Origin: Octopus sinensis | Lineage: Eukaryota | Direction of reading: 5' to 3' | NCBI RefSeq assembly: GCF_006345805.1 | Contig: NW_021833672.1 | Span: 1 to 53,467, forward strand | DNA: 53,467 nucleotides | In this document: piece by piece, positions 1 through 13,226 of the stretch | Layout of the letters: the number at the start of each line of letters is the position of its first letter | How positions within the stretch are numbered: position 1 is the stretch's first letter | Program-made: the position numbers and the translations under genes | Notes under the pieces: generated by a model | What the model was told of the DNA's origin: nothing | The model's database searches: none | What the model saw: only the letters and a program-made list of their open reading frames with translations

Positions 1-14
1 ATATATATAGATAG

Positions 15-45
<31 letters not shown>

Positions 46-90
46 ACACACAAATATATATATATATATATACGATGTATGTATGTATAT
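1..90. repeat. Compound (TA)n/(CA)n microsatellite
   Basis: Directly visible dinucleotide runs. Confidence 0.95.
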
Positions 91-639
91 GCATGTATAC
101 ATATATTCAAATGAAGCGGTTGATTCTCTCCGTGGCTTATTAAACATTCTCTCTACATTCGAAACTTCCGGCGATGAAAAACAAGTAAACAAAACAATAC
201 AAACCAAATTTAAAAGGCGGAGGATTTTTCAGTATGCGTTAATAGACCACCTCTGCAGAGTATTTAATTGTTCGGCAGCAGACAGTTACGACACACTCCC
301 TTACGGGATCATTTTGTTCTGAGCTTGACTCCCTTTCTCTTATCTGTCTTAACGGGGACACATTATTGTACTGGTAATAAGGCTGCAAATGATCTATCAT
401 TCAAACCTTAAATGGCGGATATCATCAATAGAGGTTTTAGAAATTTTGCTTGAAAATGGCGTTCTTCAATTGATGCGTAAATGTGCCTTAAGTTGTCGGC
501 AGCCTGTATCAATGGGGGAATAAAGACGCAAAGGAAAGGTTAAAAGAGTTAGGAGTACCTTTTATCTTTTACTTGTTCCATGCTGGAATACTGCCTTAAA
601 GAAATTTAAGTTAAATAAATCGAATCCAGTACAATATTT

Positions 640-1085
640 GTTAAGGACGGACGAAATGCCGCAAAGCATTTTGTCCGGCATGCTACCGATTCTGTCGGTT
701 TGCCGCCTTAAAAATTCTTTACTACAATACTTGTTTGAAACTTTGGCTCAAAGTGAAGCAATTTCGTGGAGGGGATAAGTCGATCACATCGACCCCAGCA
801 CGCAACTGGTACTTATTTTATTGACTCCGGTAGGAGGAATAGCAAAGTCGACCTCGACGGAAGTTGAGCCAAGGACGTAAAGGCGGACAAAAGGCCTGAA
901 ATTTTGGGGACGGGGACTTGTCGATTACAATCAAACCTAGTGTTTCACTGGTACTTAATTTATCGTCCTCGAAGGATGAAAGGCAAAGTCGACCTCGGCG
1001 GAATTTGAACTCAGAACGTAACGGCAGACGAAATATCGCTAAGCATTTCGTCCAGCGAATTAACAATTCTGCCATCTCGCCACCT
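640..1085 (-). mobile_element. Cluster of three decayed fragments of SINE family B (tRNA head plus GTCGACTTTGCCTTTCATCC central domain)
   Basis: Reverse complement matches the intact copies at 19820, 23741 and 47603 (e.g. aaggcaaagtcgacctcggcggaatttgaactcagaacg). Confidence 0.85.
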
Positions 1086-1096
1086 TCCAGCCTATA

Positions 1097-1152
1097 ATAA
1101 TGATGATGATAATAATAACAACAACAACAACAACAAGAACAACAACAATAAC

Positions 1153-1207
<55 letters not shown>
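1097..1207. repeat. (AAT)n/(AAC)n microsatellite
   Basis: Directly visible; source of the poly-Tyr ORF 818-1291. Confidence 0.95.
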
Positions 1208-1304
1208 TGCAGTACCAGACAGTACTATACAGTAGAAGTCACTTGTCCAAGCTGCCACCTTTGGTGATCGAACGAGAACCGATGCTTTCAACGTGATATG
1301 GCAG

Positions 1305-1333
1305 TATTATATATATGAATAAATAAATAATAA

Positions 1334-1364
<31 letters not shown>

Positions 1365-1388
1365 GTGTGTTGTGTGTGTGTGTGTGTG

Positions 1389-1439
<51 letters not shown>

Positions 1440-1453
1440 CATACATATATATA

Positions 1454-1485
<32 letters not shown>

Positions 1486-1905
1486 CATACATACATATAT
1501 ATATATGTATACATACATATATATATATATACATAATATATATATATGTATACATACATATATATATGTGTGCACGTGTATATATATATGGTACATATAT
1601 ATTATACATATATACATGTATGTATATACACACACATATATATACTATGCACATACATAGATAAAAAGGTTTGTATATATGTATGTATTTATATATACAT
1701 ATGAATACATACATACATGCATACATGCACACACACACACATACACACACACATATATATATACACAAACAATGCAGGAATCTGAGATGAATTTATGCTC
1801 ACGATATATGTATGTGTGTGTATGTGTGTATGTGTGTGTATGTGTGTGTGTGTGTATTTGTATGTATGTACGTAATTCATGCAAATGTATACATATACAT
1901 ATGCG
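1305..1905. repeat. Compound TA/CA/TG microsatellite field
   Basis: Directly visible. Confidence 0.95.
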
Positions 1906-2467
1906 TGCGTAGCCATGCTTCCACACTTACCTGTGCGTGTGTGCTGCTGTCTGTGTCTTTGAAAATAATTCCAAATTTACCAAAAAAAAAAAGAAGCGGA
2001 AAACAAATCAGAACAACACAAAAAAAAAAACGAGCTTGTAGCATTGTATATAACGTGATTTATATAATTATCGTATGTAATATCGAATCTATAATTAATA
2101 AATAAAAAAAAGCCACAGCAATAATAGTATACTGTATTATCGATAATGCTCTTTTGTAATTTTTTACCTTAAAAATTATAATTACGATTACTAAATCAAT
2201 ATTTATCAACAGTGAGAAATAATTTTATATATATTCTGATGAAGTAAAAATACGTGACTGTTGAGTTTGAAAATCGCTTCTACTAAAAGCACAAGGCCAG
2301 GAAAGTTTTGAGGGAGCAGGGTTGGTCGATCCCTTAAACTAGTGTTCAGTTCCTACTTAATTTATGAAGCCCGATAAGATGACAGCAAAGTTGACCTCGG
2401 TGGGTTTCGAACACAGAACTTGTTCAATCATAAAATGTGGAATATACTTCCGTTCATTTAGAATCGT

Positions 2468-2567
2468 GAAGGCGCGTGGCTTAGTGCTTCGGGTATTCGG
2501 CACACGGTCATAAGGTCGGGAGTTCGATTCGAGGTGGCGCGTGGTGTCCCTGAGCAAGACACTTTAT
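2468..2567 (+). mobile_element. SINE family D: tRNA-derived head plus CORE-like domain, 3'-truncated
   Basis: A box tggcttagtg, B box gagttcgattc, CORE-like gtgtccctgagcaagacacttta; same head as 39831. Confidence 0.8.
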
Positions 2568-2984
2568 CAAAGTAATTTCATAAGAGCTAACGCACGAAAC
2601 CCGAGCATTTTCAGCAGGTGTATTAGTTTGACGCTCGAGAAAGTAAGAAAGTCTTTTACAGTTCAAGGCTCGAAAATTCTGGCCTTGTGCTAAAATTTGA
2701 AACCAATATAACGAAATTATCTAAGTTCCCTTTTCTTTGAGAGTCTTTCTTTATGAAATTCCTTCTGTATCTTAAATTTTTTGTCCGGTTAAAAAGAAAA
2801 AGACTTATTATGTTATCTTGTAAAAGGTCTGATAACCAGCAGATGAAGCGAGGTGAATGAGTTGTGTATAAAATCACGATCACGATTAGAGTTGATCGAA
2901 TTTGCACTCCATCGCCCATCCTCCTCCGAAGATGATAATATAACTAGTAGTTAAAGTATCGTCATCATGATCATCATCGACCCA

Positions 2985-3195
2985 TAGGGCTTGTTACCCA
3001 GTTTCCTTGGCGTATGAGTGAACGACATTGCAACACTCCTCCTGGACCGGACGCTAGACCGTCGCAGTGGTATTCCTTTACAACTGAGTGGCCTGGTGCA
3101 ATGCGAAATGAAGTGTTTTGCTAAATAAACCAAAGGGACCTCCTAATCCGAGAATCGAAACCATGGTCTTATGATCATAACACTCTAACGTGCCT
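2985..3195 (-). mobile_element. Decayed CORE-type SINE with V-domain-like tail
   Basis: Reverse complement has a B box, CORE-like gtgtttatttagcaaaacacttc, and ctgcgacggtctagcgtccggtccagg...catacgccaaggaaac, similar to the tail at 51960-52060. Confidence 0.65.
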
Positions 3196-3279
3196 TCACT
3201 AAAAAAAAAAAAGGAAATGGTTATTCGGAGATGAAAGTGGTATCCTGGCTAAGTTTCAGTCTTTTGACAACAATATTGG

Positions 3280-3490
3280 TTTCAAATTTTAGCACAAGAT
3301 CAGCAAATTCAAGGGAGCGGTTAAATCATTTTCATTGACCCAAGTGCACAACTGGTACTCATTTTATCGTTTCCGAAAGGACGAACAGAAAAGTGAACCT
3401 CGGTGGAGTTACGAATCAGAAGTTGAAAACGAACAAAATACCGCTAAGCACATTACCTGTCGTTCTGACGATTCTGCTAGCTTGCCACCT
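3280..3490 (-). mobile_element. Decayed SINE family B
   Basis: Similar to the intact family B copies. Confidence 0.75.
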
Positions 3491-3689
3491 TATTTGACTA
3501 CATTATTAAAGATAAAGCTAGAATGGTGGTCTTAGAGAAATAAAAAGTTTGCCGGAGGAATAAAAAAATAACCTCATCTATTTTAGAAGAAACTGTTACC
3601 AGTTTTTGCTTTTTTTAATGTTTATTTGGAATTAGTTATCCGCAGACGTATGAACAACAACAATTGTATTCTGTCCGAATAACAATGGA

Positions 3690-4335
3690 TTGCTTTCTGT
3701 TTTAAATGTCCACAAATTACTCTGTCAGAAATTTCTAAACACCGCTTTGTCAGAAATGTCAAGAGAATGTATCCTGTTATAAAATAATAAAGACAGACCA
3801 CAATGCTAAAGAGAAAAGCGTAGAAGCCTTTATTTATTTCAAAGGACCACCTCGTTTTTTACTCCGTTGAATTCTGAGTATGAGACTTTGTGCCTGAATA
3901 TATAAAGATTTTAAAACTTTTCTGTTTCGCATTGAAAGAAAATGCATCTCTATTATTTTGTTATTTTATTTCTGTATCACAATGCTTCAAGCAAGCTGCA
4001 ACGTTCTTCATTCTGTTATAAATTACAAGAAATTACCTTCTGTCAAAAATGTCAAGGTATTACGTATATGCTGTCAGAAATTTTAACAAATTGTTTTCTG
4101 TTGAAAATGTCAAGACGTTATGCTTTGTCAAAATTTATTAGCAACCTGCCTTCTCTCAAAACTCTCAAGATATGAATGATATTTGGCCTAAAAAATTTTA
4201 ACAAATTCTTCTCTCTGAAATTTTATTTCTCTTTTGTCAATAATTATACGAAAATATGTTCTGTTACAAAATCCAACAAGTTGTTCTCTGTTATGTATTT
4301 CAGAAAGATGCTTTTTGTCAAAAATCTCAAATATA
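3690..4335. repeat. Degenerate minisatellite-like tract with recurring (t/c)TGTCA(g/a)AAAT(g/t)TCAA motif
   Basis: The motif recurs at roughly 25-30 bp spacing within blocks near 3720-3760 and 4040-4335. Confidence 0.6.
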
Positions 4336-4752
4336 TTAAAAGGTCACGTGCACAGTGAACAGCAAAACTGACCATGGCGTTGTATATATTCACTGTTAAC
4401 ACGGTAGATTCGAACGTGAATACGCTTATCGCTGCGGTATTTTGTCTAAAGACAACAAGTTCGTCTCAGGCGTTCAGAACACATTCGATTCATTGAAGTA
4501 AGGTGACTTTGCTTCGTTGCAGTATTTCAGCGTATGTGAGTCTCTTCCACCAAAGCTGTTCTCAGATCAATGAAGCTAAACAAGAATTAGGACTCTTGTT
4601 TATTAGGAAACTGTAAACGGTTTATTTTGTGATGTACTCTGATGCATGCCAAACCGAAAATAAATCGCCACGTATTCGAAAAGCAGCATAAATCAATTCA
4701 ATGTTACATATATTCATACATAATACGTTCCGACACACACGAATGGGATTAT

Positions 4753-5145
4753 GTGGAGTGGAAGCACTCCGTCGGTAACGACGATGAGGGTTCCGGTTGA
4801 TTCGAATCAACGGAACAGCCTGCTCGTGAAATTAACGTGTAAGTGGCTGAGCACTCCACAGACACGTGCACCCTTAACGTAGTTCTCAGGGAGATTCAGC
4901 GTGACACAGAGAGTGACAAGGCCGGCCCCTTGAAATACAGGTACAACAGAAACAGGAAGTAAGAGTGAGAGAAAGTTGTGGTGAAAGAGTACAGCAGGGA
5001 TCACCACCATCCCCTGCCGGAGCCTCGTGGAGCTTTTAGGTGTTTTCGCTCAATAAACACTCACAACGCCCGGTCTGGGAATCGAAACCACGATCCTATG
5101 ACCGCGAGTCCGCTGCCCTAACCACTAGGCCATTGCGCCTCCACT
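4753..5145 (-). mobile_element. SINE family C, full length, 12-bp target-site duplication
   Basis: tRNA head GGCGCAATGGCCTAGTGGTTAGGGCAGCGGACTCGCGG...TTCGATTCCC; TSD gaatgggattat at 4741-4752 and 5146-5157. Confidence 0.9.
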
Positions 5146-5692
5146 GAATGGGATTATAACTCCTTTCAGACACCCTCGATAAATTGTGGTCCCTTTTGGG
5201 ACTTTCATTATATTGCATTCTCTCAGAAAGTTAAAAAAACTTATCGTTTTCTGTGAGGCATTTGAACAAATGTTTTCCTCGTCAGCACGCAGTTTCTTTC
5301 TGGTAACTAATTTCTCTGTGGTATTCCATTATATTCTTGAACTCTGTTGATATACTTCTACTACCCATTCTTGCTTTGTTGAAGGTTCGTTGATATCTGC
5401 TGTCAACCGGAACGTTTCTCGCGCACATTTTGAACAACTCTTCAAACTTAATTGTAATTCGAGTGATGATAAATCGCGTTGCTAGATTTGTACAAAGCTC
5501 CGTTCTAAACTATCCTCGCGTTCCGAGTATGTTTTCAAATTTTCAGTCGCATTTCAGGATAAATTTCCATTGTTCAAAGCTTAGTATGGTTCACTCCTTT
5601 TCTTCTCACGGATTACATCTGACAACCAAAAGACAAAAAAAAAAAAAAAAACTGAAAACGAGTGAGTTACGGGTGCAGGTTTGGCTATAAGG

Positions 5693-6054
5693 ACAGGAGG
5701 TGTGGTGTGGGGTAAGAAGTTTGCTTGCCCACCACATGGTTCCGGGTCAGTCCCTCTTCAATGCACTTTAGGCAAATGTCTCCAACTATAACCTCGGGCC
5801 GATTGAGGCCTTGTCAATGGATTTGCTGGACGGAAACTGAAAGAAGCCCGTCGTATATGTGTATATGTGTCCCACCACCGCATGGTAATCGGTGTTAATG
5901 TGTTTCCGTTCCCAAAAGAGGTCGATCGAATAAGTACCAGGCTCAACAAGAAATAAGGACCGGGGTCGATTCATTCGACTAAAAATTCTATAAGTCCGTG
6001 CCCCAGCCTGGCCGCACTCTAATGACTGCGATGAGTAAAAAATAAAAGATAAAA
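5693..6054 (+). mobile_element. SINE family A (CORE-type, internal microsatellite), diverged
   Basis: Same layout as 22726-23139: A/B boxes, CORE-like ttaggcaaatgtct, internal TA/TG, tail ending in an AAAG-rich repeat. Confidence 0.85.
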
Positions 6055-6063
6055 ACATGATAC

Positions 6064-6250
6064 CAGCTGTTTACGTGGGCGTGGGTCATTTTTGGGTCGA
6101 AACACACGAGTCCAAGGACAAACCGCGTATGACCAATGTGATTTACATATTTGACCGTAAAACCGAATGCTGCAAAATTCTGGACACTGTCTGTGACAGT
6201 GGATCGATTGCTGCATCTCTGTGGCATTGGTTCCTCCGTGCAATACCAAC
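6064..6250 (-). CDS. Putative internal exon of an unidentified minus-strand gene (LVLHGGTNATEMQQSIHCHRQCPEFCSIRFYGQICKSHWSYAVCPWTRVFRPKNDPRPRKQL, or the alternative frame GWYCTEEPMP...)
   Basis: GC-richer than flanks; bounded by ccag| acceptor and |gtatca donor; two minus frames open. Product not recognised. Confidence 0.5.
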
Positions 6251-6364
6251 CTGGATCGATTGTACATTATATCGCACATCGCAAAAGAAAATTTGGAAAG
6301 TTATAGAAGACAACTCTGACTATGTAATATTCCTCACAAAAATAGAAAGCAAATTATGGAAAGC

Positions 6365-6557
6365 AATACACACGTACATGCATTCATGCATGACATATAC
6401 TACATTCATACATGCATACATGCATACATGCATACATACGTATATGAATGCATGGAATCTAATAATACACTCGTCTGTTAATGCACTGATTCAACAGTTT
6501 ATATTTAAAGTCTATATAGAGATCCGTATACATATACATAAAAAAACACACACATAG

Positions 6558-6611
<54 letters not shown>

Positions 6612-6701
6612 GTGAGTATATATTTCTATGTAAATGCACATATACATACATACACATGCACACAGAAATATGGGTGCTCTACATACATACATACCTACGT
6701 G

Positions 6702-6761
<60 letters not shown>

Positions 6762-6799
6762 CGCACACATATATACATATATATATGTATATGTGTATA

Positions 6800-6830
<31 letters not shown>

Positions 6831-7281
6831 TTATGTATATATACGCATATATATTTATACAAGTGTATATATATATACACATATACATACCTATATGTAT
6901 ATACATATGTACGTATATATATAGACATATATATATACATATATATATTCATATATATATATATGTATATATACATATATATATATACACACACATATAT
7001 ATACATACATACATACATAACACATGCATGTATATATGTGTTTGTATAGATCTATCTAACTATCTATCTATTTCTCTATATATGTATATAAATACGAATA
7101 CACACATATATGCACATGTCAAATCTGTCCGATTTGCTTTATGTTTCCTTTGTCCAATAATATATATATATATATAAACATATATACATACAAATATATA
7201 TATATATTTATGTATATATATATATATATATATATGTATAATATATGCATATATATATATATATGTATACATATGTGTGCA

Positions 7282-7316
<35 letters not shown>

Positions 7317-7359
7317 TGTCTATCTATCTCTCTATCTCTATACATATGCATATACATAC

Positions 7360-7404
<45 letters not shown>

Positions 7405-7410
7405 CACACC
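6365..7410. repeat. Long compound TA/CA/TACA microsatellite field
   Basis: Directly visible. Confidence 0.95.
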
Positions 7411-8019
7411 CACTGCAATGTTTATTGGTTTTTACTATTTTCTTCTTTACTTTCAATTTTCAGATAATAATTCAGTTAATGAATTTAAGGCATTAAATAA
7501 ATCCTCGTAGAAATCCAGGAATAATCTAAGAGAATGGTTAATCTTCAAGATGCAATGAATGACTTAAAAATAGAAATTCGTCTTTCTGTAAAGTTCTTTA
7601 CAATGCAGGAATTATTGTCAAAATGCATTTGGGAAAGCTAACTCTATAGCGAAATTTAAATTTAAGTCGGGATCATTTCGACGTCTATTTACAGCGTTTT
7701 GTGCCAGCTTCCTACTGTGGCGTTTCGGCAGTAATATGGCGGCTCATGTGTGCGTTCACATGCAGGTCTCTACGTGTGTTACCGAAGTTGTTTTCGTTCG
7801 TCTTTAGAGTTTATTTATCAATTTCTTCTTTGTATCAATTTCTCTTTATATTTTTTTAAAAACTCGTTTATATATTATATTTATATCTTTATTTCGTTGT
7901 TGGTTAGTTTTTTGTTTGTTTGTTTTCTCTTTATATATTGTTTTCATCTTAAAGGAGTGTAGGTGCTGTTTCCCTATTTTCATTTTTGTCTACTCCTACT
8001 ACAGCTGCTACCACAACTG

Positions 8020-8194
8020 ATTATGATGACGATGATGATGATGATATGATGATGATGATGATGATGATGATAATAATAATAATAATAATAATAATAATCG
8101 CCATCATCATCACCATCACCATAGTTTTGTCATTACTATCATCATGATCACTATGGTGATGGCTATCGAGATGATGATGATGATGTTGCTGCTG

Positions 8195-8239
<45 letters not shown>

Positions 8240-8340
8240 GCTTCAAATTTTGCCAGATGGGCGGCAGTTTTGAGGGAGGGGTTAATAATAATAATCATAA
8301 TAATAATAATAATAATAATATAAATAATAATAATAATAAA

Positions 8341-8385
<45 letters not shown>

Positions 8386-8443
8386 TGATGATTATGATAA
8401 TAATAATAATAATAATGATGATATAATAATAATAATAATAATA

Positions 8444-8485
<42 letters not shown>

Positions 8486-8668
8486 ATAGTGATGATGATG
8501 ATGATGATGATTATGATGATGATGATGATGAAGATGGTGATGATAATGATGAATGAAGATGGGATGGTGGTGATGATGATGATTATGGTGATAAAAAATA
8601 AATCATAATAATAATAATAATATAATAATAATAGAATATATAATAATCATAATATAATCATACTAATA

Positions 8669-8699
<31 letters not shown>

Positions 8700-8720
8700 T
8701 AGTAATAATAATGATGATAA
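8020..8720. repeat. (AAT)n/(GAT)n/(ACT)n trinucleotide field
   Basis: Directly visible. Confidence 0.95.
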
Positions 8721-8889
8721 TAATGATGCTGGTGTAACATTTCCTCCTGCTGCTTGTTATCATTTCTACGACAGTTGCTGAAGTTGTTTCTTTCTTGTGG
8801 AATTGGTGGTGCTTAGGAGCGATATTCTTCTTGTTCTTCCTCGCGTTGTTGTTGTGGTTGTTGCTACTGATGCTGCTGATAGTGTTACT

Positions 8890-8923
8890 ATGTATAAAAG
8901 CTCAATGCAAATTGAAATAAAAG
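8890..8923 (+). CDS. Possible first coding exon of a plus-strand gene (MYKSSMQIEIK + phase 1)
   Basis: ATG followed by AAAG|gtatcc donor; phase-compatible with a possible 29-bp exon at 10044-10072 (GFRFPPSKYN). Could be chance. Confidence 0.2.
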
Positions 8924-8939
8924 GTATCCATCCCTCCAT

Positions 8940-9553
8940 ATATCTATATCTATCTTCTATCTATATATATATATATGTATATATAAATATAATATATATA
9001 TATGTATATAGTATATGTATATATATATTTTATATATATATATAGTGTATATAATATATGTTGTATATGTATATACATAATATATATGTATGTATTTATA
9101 ATGTATAGATATATACATATAAACCTATATATATGTATATATACCGTATATATATGTACGTATATATATATATATATGTATATATACACATATATACATA
9201 TATATATACGTATATATATGTATATGTATATGTATATGTATATATATATGTACATATATATATACATGTATATATATATCCCTATAAATATGTATATATC
9301 GATGCATATGTTATATATATATATATGTACCCCCCCACACATATATATATACGTATATATGTATACATATACATATACATATATATATATATATATACAT
9401 ATAATTATGATATGTATATGTATATTTATATATGTACTATATATATATATATATATTATATATATATAACATGTATGTATATATATAATCTCTATATATA
9501 TGTATATATTCTATGCATATTTTTTTATATATTAGTATACACAGACACATATT

Positions 9554-9616
<63 letters not shown>

Positions 9617-9620
9617 GTAT
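8940..9620. repeat. Compound (TA)n field
   Basis: Directly visible. Confidence 0.95.
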
Positions 9621-9835
9621 AAGTTTTATACGTGAATACATATAAGCACATGTTGAAATACAGAAATAGACGCACAAATATTAGGAGAGATTTATGTATA
9701 TAAGCACAAAGGAAATGATTAATAGCTAAATAAATAGGAAGTGCGTGCGGACGTACGTATATGCGTGACTATGTGCATGTGTGTGTGCGTATTTGTATGC
9801 GTGAGTATGTGTGTTTATGAGTATCTGTGTGTCTA

Positions 9836-9837
<2 letters not shown>

Positions 9838-9885
<48 letters not shown>

Positions 9886-9943
9886 CACGAGATTAGGTCT
9901 GTGAAGCAGAAATGAGTGAGGGAGCATTGGAGAAAGGTAGAGA

Positions 9944-9978
<35 letters not shown>

Positions 9979-10250
9979 AAGATTGAGAGAGACTGTTTAT
10001 AATAAGATACACTTAAATCTTTTATCTATTCTTAAATATACAGGTTTTCGTTTCCCACCCTCAAAATACAACGTATTTTATCTCTCTATGTATGTATGTA
10101 TGTATGTATGTATGTATGTATGTATGTATGTATGTATGTATGTATGTATGTATGTATGCAGTATGTATGCATGCATGTATGTATGTATGTATGTATCTAT
10201 CTATCTATCTATCTATCTATCTACCTATACATCCCCCTCTCTCGTTGTCT

Positions 10251-10280
<30 letters not shown>
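9838..10280. repeat. (GA)n, (ATGT)n, (ATCT)n and (AC)n microsatellites
   Basis: Directly visible, with short unique spacers between the runs. Confidence 0.9.
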
Positions 10281-10282
<2 letters not shown>

Positions 10283-10645
10283 CCGAAACCATGAAGCTTA
10301 TATACCTATAGGTAAAGAACGACATGCTCTATAATCAATCAAGCGAAACCGAATACATCAAACGTGCTACCGTTTAAAAAATAATCGACGAGACACATCT
10401 ACACCGAAGATGCACCATAAAGTATTGCATAGTATATAAGCCGTCGTCAGGGATTGATGTAAGTTCGGCCCAAACGATCGTTGTCATTAATAACCTCATG
10501 AATTCCATTTTCTCTTTCTCTCATCTTTTACGTGTATGTGTGTGTGGGTGTGAGTATGTGTGTCTTTTGGTTGTATATATATATATATATATATATATAT
10601 ACGCGCGCGTGCATACATATATGTTAGTATACATATATATACATA

Positions 10646-11499
10646 CAAGGTCTGACCATTTGGTATCCGGACTGTTGCTATAGTAACGGAGCTAAAGCAA
10701 GTAGAGTGAAGCGGTTTGGCATAGAGTGACCTTAAACTCTCTTGTGGATGCACACTAAGTTTTTACGTTCTAGCTTACTTCCGCTCTTTACAGGTGGGCT
10801 TGGAAGGAACGTGTGTAGCGTGTGATCGTCGTATTGAACATGACAGAGAAAGTTGTCATGGCGATACCTGCTCAGAGGCCTATACAAAGTTACAGAAAGT
10901 GTATGGAAAGGAGTGCATGAGGTGCACACAGGTTTACGAGTGGTTCAGACTTTTCGAAGATGGCCAAAAAATGTCGATATCGGCGAACGTTCTGGGAGAC
11001 CATTCAACCAGCAGAATTGGTGGAAAAACATCGTAGATGTGCATGGAGCTGTGAGGGGAAATCGTAGAATCACCAGCCGTGAGTCGTCAGTGGATGTTCA
11101 GATTAGCTACGATTCAGTTCAGTCCGTTATCATTGAAGTTTTTGCCAAAACTGTTTTCAGTTGACCAAGGAGACGCTAGGGTTTCAGTCGCTCTAGATCA
11201 CTTAGTTTGCATCGAGAGCGATGAAATCCTTTTAAAAACTTTGCGGGTTTCGCCAAGCTTTTGAAAAGATTTCATGCAGGTTCTCTATTCAACGTCCTCT
11301 GTCATGTTCAATGCGACGATCACACGCTACACACGTTCCTTCCAAGCACTGCTGTAAACAGAGGAAGTGAGCTAGAACTTTAGAAGTTAGAGTGCGTGCA
11401 CAGAAGTGTTCAAAGTCACTCTTTGCCAAGCGGCTTCACAATGCGCCCTTTAGTTTCGTTACTAAGGCAACAATCCGGATACTTATTGATCAAACCGCG
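10646..11499 (+). mobile_element. Non-autonomous mariner-like element with long (~250 bp) inverted arms and a degraded N-terminal transposase
   Basis: TA-flanked TIR (…gatcaataagtatccgga…); translation gives EAYTKLQKVYGKECMR.TQVYEWF..FEDG and ERSGRP…VRGNRRIT, typical of the mariner HTH/linker region. Confidence 0.85.
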
Positions 11500-11500
11500 T

Positions 11501-11501
<1 letters not shown>

Positions 11502-11531
<30 letters not shown>

Positions 11532-11636
11532 GTGTAATATAAAATATAGTGTATCAGCAATATATTATGTTCAATATATATATATATAATATATATATAT
11601 ATATATCTATATATATATATATATATTATATATATA

Positions 11637-11679
<43 letters not shown>

Positions 11680-11899
11680 GATATATATATATATGTATGT
11701 ATGTATGTATGTTTTTGTATGTATGTATGTATATATGTTGTATGCATGTATGTATGTACGTCTGTATATATAATTATGTATTTTGTGTATGTTTTTTATG
11801 TGACATTTATGTGTATGGATATGTAGTATAAACATATATATATCTACTTGTCTAACTATCTGTATTCTAACTTTTGCGTGTTTCTTTCTTTCTCTATCC

Positions 11900-11962
<63 letters not shown>

Positions 11963-12008
11963 CTCTATCTATCTCTCTATCTCTCTCTCTATCTATCTAT
12001 CTATCTAC

Positions 12009-12046
<38 letters not shown>

Positions 12047-12047
12047 G

Positions 12048-12080
<33 letters not shown>
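11502..12080. repeat. (TA)n, (TATG)n and (TATC)n microsatellites
   Basis: Directly visible. Confidence 0.95.
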
Positions 12081-13226
12081 ATGCATATTTCTGACCTAAC
12101 GTCTATGCGCGAATATTGAATACTCTGAAAAACATTAATGTATTTGAGTGAAGATCTTCTAAAGTATCTGAGGTTTAAGTGATTTGCCTCGAGTCTGAGT
12201 TCCGAGAAAGTAATATGATTATGGTGATGGTCTCATAAAAAAAAGTTATAATTTTCCAAATAAGGCCATATATATATATAGATACACATACACACACATA
12301 TATACATATAGACAAACAAATATATGTATATATACATACAGACAAATATATGTATATTTGTCTATGTGTATGTTTTAAAATCTATATGTATATGTGTGTG
12401 TATGTGGTTATGCAAACTGTCGCTAAGTTAAATATCTAAAATGAACCCCCAGAGTATGGGTTCGCATAATTAATTCAGGTAAAAGTTTGCTGAAAGATGT
12501 AGACAAGTAGTTTTTTGCTTTATTGAAATACTCCCTCTCAGGGAGGAACAAGCGAAATAAACCCAACAGCAATGGTTAAAAATCTTTGGGGAAGAAGAGC
12601 AGATAAATTTAAAATACTTTAATATGATTGCGTATTTACATATTAGGGACATTCTAATCACGGCAGCTAGGCAGACTATATTAAGAGTTAGTGATACGAA
12701 TTACGTTCGAATTCAGCAATTTATTATGTTCAACCGCTTCTTGCCTATGGAAGTATTTTTTGCCAACGAAAATTTGCATATTATAAATTTGCATAATAAA
12801 AAACTGGGCTGAGAGAAATATCTCTCAGGTGGCCATAATTAGGGGTTTTCTCATATGATTTAAGTAAACTGGATGTAACACATCATGTTTGATTTATTGT
12901 AATTTTCTCGAGTCAGAAATTAAAGACAAAAAAAAAAGCAGTTGTTGAAATGAAATATCTACGATATATATATATATATATATTATATATAATATATATA
13001 TATATATATATAACGATATATATATACACGAGCGAATTTCCGACCGATCAAATTATAGACACGAGTTGTTCTTTAACGTCTTCATCAGCAGATATATACT
13101 TTTTTATGAACACACGCACACACACACATGCACTCACGTACACACACGTACACACAGAGTAAAAACATTCATACACACACATACAAATAGACAAACAGAC
13201 ACAAACGTCGCGCGCGCACCCACATA

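Noticed and set aside
83-322. Plus ORF …VDSLRGLLNILSTFETSGDEKQ…
   Set aside because: Starts in a microsatellite, weak acceptor and no recognisable homology.
5160-5600. Protein-like minus frame (…QRDLSSLELQLSLKSC…)
   Set aside because: Interrupted by several stops and not assignable; more likely UTR or decayed repeat.
12440-12600. Minus frame PLLLGLFRLFLPEREYFNKAKNYLSTSFSKLLPEL… and a possible short plus-strand intron
   Set aside because: No coherent acceptor/donor pair that preserves the frame.
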